Source: a virus
Taxonomy: Duplodnaviria > Caudoviricetes
DNA: 25,963 nucleotides
Strand: one strand, 5' to 3'
IMG/VR virus record: IMGVR_UViG_3300025103_000137
Span: 1 to 25,963 of that record
The notes beneath the pieces are model-generated. The model saw only the letters and a list, made by a program, of their open reading frames with translations. It was not told the DNA's origin and ran no database searches. Below are positions 7,936-14,969 of this stretch, in pieces (the stretch's first letter is position 1; every line of letters starts with the position of its first letter). A program made the position numbers and the translations under genes.

Positions 7936-8275
7936 GTGGCACATAACTAAAGAAGAACGAGAAGGTCTTATGTTTTCTGATTGGAAAATGTATGATGCTG
8001 ATGGTGATTTTATATGGATAATTGAAGATGAGCCAACAGAGGCAGATGCTATTGAGGAGTCTAATAACCCTTATGGTGGAAAAGATGGTCTTATTCCTGA
8101 TGCTGTTCGAGGTGTTAGAATAGAGCCTTATGATGGTGAACTAGAAAAGTTATGCGAAGAATTAGCAAACTATAAAGATGAGCCAAAGGTTGGACAATGG
8201 CAAGATTACAAGGATGATGAATACGCTGACAAAGGTATGAGTCGTGGTGATTTCATAGACAAGGAGTACACATGA
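7928..8275 (+). CDS. Acidic early hypothetical protein (start revised to ATG 7928)
   Basis: AAGGAG RBS precedes ATG 7928 (MSRWHITKEE...). The track start at 7889 overlaps the upstream gene. Confidence 0.7.
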   Translation: MSRWHITKEEREGLMFSDWKMYDADGDFIWIIEDEPTEADAIEESNNPYGGKDGLIPDAVRGVRIEPYDGELEKLCEELANYKDEPKVGQWQDYKDDEYADKGMSRGDFIDKEYT

Positions 8276-8499
8276 AAGGTGCAACAGAAAGTAATGAGTG
8301 GCTCAAAGAACTTGAGAAAGAATTGACAAGGAAGAACAAAGTCAAGAAGAAACTCAGGCAAGAGATTAATGACCGCATAGAAAAGATTAGGCTCATTGAA
8401 GAAGATACTGAGGAGATACTCAAGAAATATCTTGGTGGTAACACACCATCAAGGGAAGACGTTGAGTTTGATTTGATGTATAATAGACTCAATGAGTGA
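8272..8499 (+). CDS. Coiled-coil hypothetical protein
   Basis: 75 aa, AAGGAG RBS, ATGA overlap. Confidence 0.72.
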   Translation: MKGATESNEWLKELEKELTRKNKVKKKLRQEINDRIEKIRLIEEDTEEILKKYLGGNTPSREDVEFDLMYNRLNE

Positions 8500-8689
8500 T
8501 ATGACAGGTAGAAATTGGGAAGTTGAGCATAAGCTATTAGACTGTGCAGTCGAGTACAAGAGATTGCATAACTTATACTTAGATGCTGACTTCGAGGATA
8601 GGCTTAGTGATGCTCTGTTTTACAAGGGTAAGGCAGAGCATTTCAAGTCTTTAGTGGATAGAGGCATAGAGTTTGAGCCTCAATTTTAG
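8492..8689 (+). CDS. Small hypothetical protein
   Basis: 65 aa, coupled to its neighbours, ends G-I-E-F-E-P-Q-F. Confidence 0.7.
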   Translation: MSDMTGRNWEVEHKLLDCAVEYKRLHNLYLDADFEDRLSDALFYKGKAEHFKSLVDRGIEFEPQF

Positions 8690-8698
8690 GGAGTAAAA

Positions 8699-8938
8699 AT
8701 GAGTGGAATTAAAAGATATATTAGTTGGTGCGAAGATAAGGGCTATGTTAACGAGTCTGGTGAGGTCGAGAGCATGGATTTTGTAGACGAATACCTAGAA
8801 ACTAAGGAGTTTGAAAGGGAACAGAGAGAACAGGCCTTGAAGGTAGCTTTAAGCGAGGCTGACGAGGACTCCTTGTTTGGTATGATGCACAAGTTAGGCT
8901 ACTTAGTACAACGGCACAAGGATTTAAAAGGGAGTTAG
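8699..8938 (+). CDS. Acidic hypothetical protein, last gene of the early cluster
   Basis: 79 aa, GGGAG RBS. Confidence 0.72.
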   Translation: MSGIKRYISWCEDKGYVNESGEVESMDFVDEYLETKEFEREQREQALKVALSEADEDSLFGMMHKLGYLVQRHKDLKGS

Positions 8939-9016
8939 GGTGAATATCCTAACGAGGGTTCAAATCCCTCTACATGGTGCATGAGGAGAATTTCTCATGG
9001 GGGGTTCGATTCCCCC
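8934..9016 (+). ncRNA. Tandem pair of tRNA-half-like units (8-bp arm with GAAU loop plus canonical T-arm)
   Basis: GTTAGGGT-GAAT-ATCCTAAC-GAGGG-TTCAAAT-CCCTC (8934-8970) and CATGAGGA-GAAT-TTCTCATG-GGGGG-TTCGATT-CCCCC (8980-9016). Same geometry, different stem sequences. Confidence 0.65.
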
Positions 9017-9023
9017 TTTTTTT
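9000..9023 (+). terminator. Intrinsic terminator of the early operon (the second T-arm doubles as the terminator hairpin)
   Basis: GGGGG-TTCGATT-CCCCC followed by TTTTTTT. Confidence 0.65.
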
Positions 9024-9035
9024 ATGTACGATTGC

Positions 9036-9064
9036 TTTACAAAGTATAAAATCTATGATACAAT
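9036..9064 (+). promoter_or_regulatory. sigma70 promoter for the SSB/replication operon
   Basis: TTTACA (9036-9041), 17-nt spacer, TGnTACAAT (9056-9064). Confidence 0.7.
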
Positions 9065-9144
9065 ACTACCATTCTAAGAAAGAAATTCATTGAACCAATT
9101 TATTGTTTATATAAATAAATAACTTTTAATCAATGTTACTTACT

Positions 9145-9208
9145 TAGTATTACTAAGAGTGTAGTAGTTTTTACTTCCATTTTTTCTACTACACTTTTAG
9201 TAGTATTA
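9145..9208 (+). ncRNA. 23-bp hairpin with an 18-nt pyrimidine-rich loop in the SSB leader (possible sRNA or RNase III substrate)
   Basis: 9145-9167 pairs without gaps to 9186-9208. Three G-U pairs favour plus-strand RNA. Loop TTTTTACTTCCATTTTTT. Confidence 0.55.
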
Positions 9209-9261
9209 CTTAGAATACTGCTAGATGTAAAATTAAATGTTAACTATAAGGAGATGTAGAA

Positions 9262-9648
9262 ATGAGTGATTATATATCATTGACTGGTGAAGTTGTGTTT
9301 AACAAAGTAACTCAGCCCGATGTATTCAAAGGACAAAGTAAGTACACACTTACTGTATCCTTAGATAAGTCAGGTATCAAGGAAGCTGAGAAGAATGGCT
9401 TAGTGACTAAGGAGTATGAAGGCAAGACTCAGATTACTTCTAAGCGTAAGGTAGACTTTGGTCAGCCTAAGATTTACAATTCAGACAAAGCCGAGGTGGA
9501 TGCTACTCACCTGTCTTTGTTTGGAGATAAGGTTACTATGCTTGTTAAGAAAGGCAAAGCACCTTACGATGGATACACTTACTTAGAGCGTGTGAGGGTG
9601 GATGAGAAGGCAGATGGAGTAGACGAATACGACCCATCTGAATTTTAG
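9262..9648 (+). CDS. Single-stranded DNA-binding protein (T7 gp2.5-like)
   Basis: Beta-rich OB-like pattern, acidic tail ending in Phe (DEYDPSEF), directly upstream of the primase-helicase. Confidence 0.7.
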   Translation: MSDYISLTGEVVFNKVTQPDVFKGQSKYTLTVSLDKSGIKEAEKNGLVTKEYEGKTQITSKRKVDFGQPKIYNSDKAEVDATHLSLFGDKVTMLVKKGKAPYDGYTYLERVRVDEKADGVDEYDPSEF

Positions 9649-9678
9649 TTGTACTTTTAAATTAATCTAGGTTATAAT
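9649..9678 (+). promoter_or_regulatory. Probable sigma70 promoter for the primase-helicase operon
   Basis: TTGTAC at 9649-9654 and perfect TATAAT at 9673-9678. The context TAGGTTATAATATT resembles the other promoters. Confidence 0.5.
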
Positions 9679-9682
9679 ATTG

Positions 9683-9704
9683 GGGCAACTTCGGTTGCCC
9701 TTTT
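9683..9704 (+). terminator. Intrinsic terminator with a C(UUCG)G tetraloop after SSB
   Basis: GGGCAAC-TTCG-GTTGCCC-TTTT. Confidence 0.75.
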
Positions 9705-9723
9705 AATTTAAACGAGGAGAAAA

Positions 9724-11382
9724 GTGGAAAAGAATAATAAAGTAATACGGAAAGAACAATGTCCTAGTTGTGCAAAGCTAGGCAAAGACAGTAGCAGAGA
9801 TAACTTAGCAGTATACTCAGATGGACAGACACATTGCTTTTCTTGTGGAGAGCATGGCTTTGTTGAACACAGTAACAAACCTATACAGATTACAGAGCAA
9901 AGTGATGACTCTTGGAAGCACGAGTATCGAGGTGATTACTATACTCTACACGATAGAAAGCTAAGAGCCGAAACCTTAGAGAGATACAAGGTCAAGTGTG
10001 AGAAGGATGGCAAAGGCAAAGTGATTAAACATCACTACCCATACTACAATCATAAGAATAACATGGTTGGTATGAAAACAAGGGTAGTTGCTAGTAAGTC
10101 TTTCTATGGCAAGGGAGATACCACTAACAAGAATATGTTATTTGGACAGAACTTGTTTCAAGGTGGCGGTAAGTATGTCACAGTATGCGAGGGCGAGTTG
10201 GATGCTATGTCAGTCTATGAGATGTGTGGTAGTCGATGGGCATCAGTATCAATTAACAATGGAGTACACGCTACTGCGAATATCAAGGCCAATCTGGAAT
10301 GGCTTGACTCATTTGAAACTGTAGTATTATGTTTTGATAATGACGAGGTAGGCCGAGAAGCAGTAGAGAGAGTAGCACCTATACTTGGTCCGAATAAATG
10401 TAAGATACTAACACTAGCTAAGCACAAGGATGCAAGTGATTACCTCAAGCATGGTGATGGCAAAGAATTCTTAGATGAGTGGTGGAACTACGCAAAAGAT
10501 TACACAGTTAGTGGTGTTGCTACAGTTGAGGATATGCGAGAGGCTATGCTTAACTACAAGAACACAGAACTTGTACCACTACCTGACTCTTTTGGAGAGT
10601 TAAACCACATGATGAGGGGCGGTATAGCAAAGGGAGAACTGGTATCAATCATAGCACATACCAGTATTGGTAAGACTACTATACTTAACGAACTTATCTA
10701 CCACTTTGCTACAGAAACAGAGGAGAAGATAGGTTGCTTCATGGTAGAGGATAACATTGATGAGACAATCAGGAAGGTTGTGAGTGTACACACAGCAGAG
10801 AACTTACAACTAGTTAAACCAACAGAGCTTAATGTAGATAACATCATGGACAAGGCCATTGAGATAGGATTCGGCACAAAGATACAGTTACACAATGATG
10901 GTGGTGGTAGCATTGACCTTGAGGAAATGTTTTCTAAGATAAGATACTTTGTAAAGGGATTAGGTTGTAGTATAATATTAGTAGACCCATTACATACTGC
11001 AATTAAAAACCTAAGTAACGAGAACATTGAAGAAGTCATGGACAGATTTATTAAGTTATGTAAAGAAACTAAGTGTGCAGTTATACTAAGCACACACACA
11101 AGGAAGCCTGACGATGGCTCACATCCTCACAAGATTAGTGAGTATGATGTCAAGGGTAGTGGTGCAATACCACAGGCTTGTCATACTAACATACTATTCT
11201 CAAGAGATAAGTTAGCAGAGGATGATTACACTAAGAACTCAACACGCATTAGAGTACCTAAGCTAAGAAGAACAGGGCAGACAGGAGAGGGTGGTTGGAC
11301 ATACTTTAACCCTGAAACTGCTAGGCTAGAGAAAGGTGTTAATCCTGATGTGGGCGGATGGAATAATGACGCAGACTTTTAG
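9724..11382 (+). CDS. DNA primase-helicase (T7 gp4-like)
   Basis: N-terminal Zn finger (CPSC...HCFSC), TOPRIM motifs (EGELDA, FDND..G, KDASD) and SF4 helicase motifs (GKTT, LVDPL, H.RK, KGSGAI.Q). GTG start with GAGGAG RBS. Confidence 0.95.
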   Translation: MEKNNKVIRKEQCPSCAKLGKDSSRDNLAVYSDGQTHCFSCGEHGFVEHSNKPIQITEQSDDSWKHEYRGDYYTLHDRKLRAETLERYKVKCEKDGKGKVIKHHYPYYNHKNNMVGMKTRVVASKSFYGKGDTTNKNMLFGQNLFQGGGKYVTVCEGELDAMSVYEMCGSRWASVSINNGVHATANIKANLEWLDSFETVVLCFDNDEVGREAVERVAPILGPNKCKILTLAKHKDASDYLKHGDGKEFLDEWWNYAKDYTVSGVATVEDMREAMLNYKNTELVPLPDSFGELNHMMRGGIAKGELVSIIAHTSIGKTTILNELIYHFATETEEKIGCFMVEDNIDETIRKVVSVHTAENLQLVKPTELNVDNIMDKAIEIGFGTKIQLHNDGGGSIDLEEMFSKIRYFVKGLGCSIILVDPLHTAIKNLSNENIEEVMDRFIKLCKETKCAVILSTHTRKPDDGSHPHKISEYDVKGSGAIPQACHTNILFSRDKLAEDDYTKNSTRIRVPKLRRTGQTGEGGWTYFNPETARLEKGVNPDVGGWNNDADF

Positions 11383-13081
11383 TTGCGACATAGAAACTGA
11401 TGGTATAGAAGCCACTAAGGTGTGGTGCGTAGCAGTGCAAGACATATACACCGAAGATACACAAGTATTCTATGAGTCTAAAGACTTTAACGAGTGGATA
11501 GACTCACAGACTTTAGTGTTTCATAATGGTATAGCATTTGACATTCCTGTACTTGCAAGACTATGGGGTACTGACTTCGGTAACACAACAATAGAGGACA
11601 CACTGATACTCAGTCAGCTAGACAGTCCACGCAGAGAGGGTGGTCACTCACTAGCTAACTGGGGTGAGTACCTAGGATACCCTAAGGGAGACCATGAGGA
11701 CTGGTCAAAGCTAAGTGATGAGATGGTTGAGTATTGTTTAAGAGATGTAGAGATAACAACTAAAGTCTACAAACTCATGAAGCAAAAGAGATTAAGTGAG
11801 GATGCCAAGCAATTAGAGTATGCCACTAAAAGACACTGCTCTTGGCAAGAGAGGACAGGTTGGCTCTTTGATGAGCGAGGTGCGATAGAGATATTACAAG
11901 AAGTAAACGATGACCTACGCAGTACAGAGGAAGAAGTACATAAAACATTCAAGCCCCTACCTGTATGGAAAAGCAAGAAACCAGTGGAGCAGAGATTTAA
12001 GAAAGACTTCACTAGAACCAAAGGCTATCAAGCAGAGGTTGAACTCGAGTGCCATACCAATGAAGAAGGTGACTATGGTTACTGGGCATACCCTGAACTA
12101 AACTTAGGCAGTAGGCAACAGGTGGGTAGACATCTTATGCACTATGGTTGGAAGCCTGAGGTGTTTACTGAAACTGGCAGACCTAAGGTTGACGAGTCCA
12201 CACTCAAGGATGTAGAGATACCTGAGGCACAACTCATTGGTAGATACCTTATGTTACAAAAGAGGCAAGGTCAGATTAACTCATGGCTTGATGCTATAGA
12301 TGAGAGAACAGGTAGGATACATAGCAGAGTACATACTATGGGAACTGTGACTCACAGGATGAGCAGTAGCAATCCAAACCTACAACAAGTAACTGCTAGT
12401 GGCAAAGAGTATGGCTCTGAGATGAGAGCATTGTTTACTGTACCTGAGGATAAGGTGCTAGTAGGTGCTGACCTCAGCGGACTAGAACTTAGATGCCTCG
12501 CCCACTATATGAGAGATGAGAACTATACACAAGAGATATTAACAGGTGACATACACACTGCCAATCAGAAGTCAGCCGGACTAGACACAAGAGATAAGGC
12601 TAAGACATTTATCTATGCATTCCTCTATGGTGCAGGTGATAAGAAGATAGGTAGTATAGCAGGTGGCGGTATAGAAGAAGGCAAGGTACTTAAGAAAAAC
12701 TTTCTTGATAATACACCTGCCCTTAAAGTACTCAGGGAAAGAGTAGGCAAGGCATCAGACAAGGGATACCTCAAAGCATTAGATGGCAGACACGTCAGAG
12801 TTAGGAGCGAACATGCCTCACTTAACTTTTTACTACAAAGTGCGGGTGCTATAATAAGTAAGAGAGCATGGGTTATTTTTCACTCGCTTGCACTACACCT
12901 AGAGTACAGGCAACTGGGTGTTATACATGATGAGATACAACTGGAGTGTAGTCCAGAGGATGCAGATGAGATTGGTTCTTTGGTTGTTAAGGCCATGGAG
13001 CAGACAACAGATTATTACAAACTAAACTGTCCAATAACTGGAGAGTATAAAATAGGGAGAAGTTGGAATGAAACACATTAA
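11366..13081 (+). CDS. DNA polymerase family A with 3'-5' exonuclease (Tyr762 type); start revised to ATG 11366
   Basis: Exo motifs DIETDG, HNG..FD and YC..DV. Motif A ADLSGLELR, motif B RDKAKTFIYAFLYG, motif C IHDE. Confidence 0.95.
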   Translation: MTQTFSCDIETDGIEATKVWCVAVQDIYTEDTQVFYESKDFNEWIDSQTLVFHNGIAFDIPVLARLWGTDFGNTTIEDTLILSQLDSPRREGGHSLANWGEYLGYPKGDHEDWSKLSDEMVEYCLRDVEITTKVYKLMKQKRLSEDAKQLEYATKRHCSWQERTGWLFDERGAIEILQEVNDDLRSTEEEVHKTFKPLPVWKSKKPVEQRFKKDFTRTKGYQAEVELECHTNEEGDYGYWAYPELNLGSRQQVGRHLMHYGWKPEVFTETGRPKVDESTLKDVEIPEAQLIGRYLMLQKRQGQINSWLDAIDERTGRIHSRVHTMGTVTHRMSSSNPNLQQVTASGKEYGSEMRALFTVPEDKVLVGADLSGLELRCLAHYMRDENYTQEILTGDIHTANQKSAGLDTRDKAKTFIYAFLYGAGDKKIGSIAGGGIEEGKVLKKNFLDNTPALKVLRERVGKASDKGYLKALDGRHVRVRSEHASLNFLLQSAGAIISKRAWVIFHSLALHLEYRQLGVIHDEIQLECSPEDADEIGSLVVKAMEQTTDYYKLNCPITGEYKIGRSWNETH

Positions 13082-13562
13082 AATTACAAAAGAGAATGTT
13101 AACTTGGCTAATTCAATGTCAAGTGATATGGGTATTTTAAATAATTCAATAACACAAGGAAAAGGAAATGTAATTGGATTTCTAGGTGAGATTATTGTAG
13201 CAAAGGAACTAGGAATTTCCTTGAACAATACTTATGATTATGATTTAGTATTTAATAACAAAAAAATAGATGTAAAAAGCAAGAGGGTAACATCAGCACC
13301 TAGAGAATATTATGAATGTTCTGTAGCTGACCTGAACACTAAACAAAAGTGTGACTTTTACGTTTTTACCCGAATAAAAAATGATTTGTCAGAAGGATGG
13401 ATACTAGGCTACCTAGAAAAAGAAAAGTATTTAGCAGACTCAAAGTTTTTAAAGAAGGGGAGTATAGACCCTGACAATAATTGGAAAGTTTCAACAGACT
13501 GTCATAATCTACCTATAAGCAAATTAAAGGACATAGAAGAATTAGGCAAACATGAAGGATAA
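13068..13562 (+). CDS. Hypothetical protein, possible PD-(D/E)XK nuclease fold
   Basis: GE...YD.....IDVKSK pattern; visibly more AT-rich than the polymerase gene. Confidence 0.55.
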   Translation: MKHIKITKENVNLANSMSSDMGILNNSITQGKGNVIGFLGEIIVAKELGISLNNTYDYDLVFNNKKIDVKSKRVTSAPREYYECSVADLNTKQKCDFYVFTRIKNDLSEGWILGYLEKEKYLADSKFLKKGSIDPDNNWKVSTDCHNLPISKLKDIEELGKHEG

Positions 13563-13794
13563 CGAAATTAAAGTGCAATGGAATGAGAGCAGAGAGAAAG
13601 ACAACATCAATCCTGAGCATTACACACAAGGGATAGAGTGCATTGATTATATCACTTCAAAAAACATGAGTTTTCTGGAAGGCAATGTGATAAAATATGT
13701 AACTCGATACAAGATGAAGAATGGATTAGAAGATTTAAAGAAAGCACAATGGTACTTAAATCGGCTAATAGAAATTACAACAAGAGAGGAGTAA
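13552..13794 (+). CDS. DUF3310 family protein (T7 gp1.7 nucleotide-kinase-like)
   Basis: INPEHY..GIECIDYI...F..GNVIKY..R...KNGLEDLKKA.WYL signature. Confidence 0.85.
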   Translation: MKDNEIKVQWNESREKDNINPEHYTQGIECIDYITSKNMSFLEGNVIKYVTRYKMKNGLEDLKKAQWYLNRLIEITTREE

Positions 13795-13798
13795 GAAA

Positions 13799-14608
13799 GT
13801 GGAAAAGAGTATAAATACTATAATACCTGATGTGTATGAGGTGATGAAGTCAAAGGATTATTCCGGAGACCTAGACACTATCGCTATGCAATGTGGTAGA
13901 GAGGTTGAACAGGCAATTAAGAATGCCTTTGAGCCTTATGAACAAAAGAAAGACCTGAGAATGTCTAGCATTGGTCGTTGTGAAAGGGCGCAGTGGTATA
14001 CTGTGAAGGGGTACACACCTGAGGAGATAGATGGGAGTGTGTACCTTACCTTTCTACAAGGTCATGTGTTAGAAGCCATGCTTGTGGCTCTGATTAAACT
14101 ATCAGGACACGCAGTGACAGACCAACAAAAGAAACACACAGTAGAGGGAGTCAATGGCTCACAAGACTGTACTATTGATGGTGAGTTAGTAGACATTAAG
14201 ACTGCTAGTGCATGGTCTTGGGATAATAAATTTACTGAGGAAGGTATCAAGGATGATGGCTTTGGCTACATCAAACAACTATCGGCCTATGGTAAAGGAG
14301 ACAAAAGAAAGCATGGTTACTTCCTTGCTTTAAATAAAAACAAATCAACTCTCAAGCTGTGCAAACAGGAACTTGAACAAGATGTAGATACTTTTATTGT
14401 CGACCTGAAAAATAAAATGGAGTCGGATACACCGCCTATGAGAATAGCTAACGCTACTACTATGACTAAGTCAGGAGAGGAGAAGCTATGCATGACCTGT
14501 GCATTTTGTGGATTCAAAGAGGACTGTTATGGTAGCTTAGATGCCAGACCTATTCCTTCAGGCAAGATAACTAATTATTTTGTTGACAATAAAGGAGCAA
14601 GTTTTTGA
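13799..14608 (+). CDS. Cas4-like PD-(D/E)XK exonuclease
   Basis: LRMSSIGRC, GH..E, GS.D, VDIKTAS, QLSAY (QxxxY) and C-terminal C..C.....C, giving the split four-Cys arrangement. Confidence 0.8.
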   Translation: MEKSINTIIPDVYEVMKSKDYSGDLDTIAMQCGREVEQAIKNAFEPYEQKKDLRMSSIGRCERAQWYTVKGYTPEEIDGSVYLTFLQGHVLEAMLVALIKLSGHAVTDQQKKHTVEGVNGSQDCTIDGELVDIKTASAWSWDNKFTEEGIKDDGFGYIKQLSAYGKGDKRKHGYFLALNKNKSTLKLCKQELEQDVDTFIVDLKNKMESDTPPMRIANATTMTKSGEEKLCMTCAFCGFKEDCYGSLDARPIPSGKITNYFVDNKGASF

Positions 14609-14778
14609 AGCTACTACCAGAGTTGAAGGCTTTTATCTCTGCAACTTATGACACCTGTTTAATCTGTGATGAGTTAGAGATAGAGCCTGATGAGTTACTT
14701 GATGCATTTGAAGGTAAACTTATTGAGAAGAAAGATAGATTCTTAGAGGACTTTGAGGAGACCGAATGGAATACATAG
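14605..14778 (+). CDS. Small acidic hypothetical protein (57 aa, TTG start)
   Basis: Hand-translated MKLLPELKAFISATYDTCLICDELEIEPDELLDAFE...; AAAGGAG RBS, TTGA overlap. Confidence 0.7.
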   Translation: MKLLPELKAFISATYDTCLICDELEIEPDELLDAFEGKLIEKKDRFLEDFEETEWNT

Positions 14779-14969
14779 AGATAAGCCTAGCTTTTATGTT
14801 ACTAGGTGCAGTTGCTATTTACTTTACACACAAGAGAGCATACGACAAAGGAATAACAACAGCAATACTACTACATAGAAACGGAAGATTAAAGTACAAA
14901 GATTATTATGATGAGAATGGCGATAAGATGGTTGACATTGAAATCGCACCACTAGAGGATGATGAATGA
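14766..14969 (+). CDS. Small N-terminal TM protein
   Basis: 67 aa, hydrophobic residues 4-21, GAGGAG RBS. Confidence 0.7.
   Translation: MEYIEISLAFMLLGAVAIYFTHKRAYDKGITTAILLHRNGRLKYKDYYDENGDKMVDIEIAPLEDDE

Noticed and set aside
8905-8980. Full tRNA-Leu(UAA), suggested by CACAAGGATTTAAAA upstream of the first T-arm
   Set aside because: The anticodon stem does not pair (AAGGA versus GGGAG), there is no acceptor stem or CCA, and the segment is coding (HKDLK).
13611-13620. TCCTGAGCAT match to the pseudoknot core
   Set aside because: It lies inside the DUF3310 coding motif NPEHY and has no pairing partner for either stem.
13799-14608. Cas4-like gene as evidence of a CRISPR-Cas system
   Set aside because: Solo Cas4-like exonucleases are common in phage replication modules, and there is no cas1, cas2 or array.
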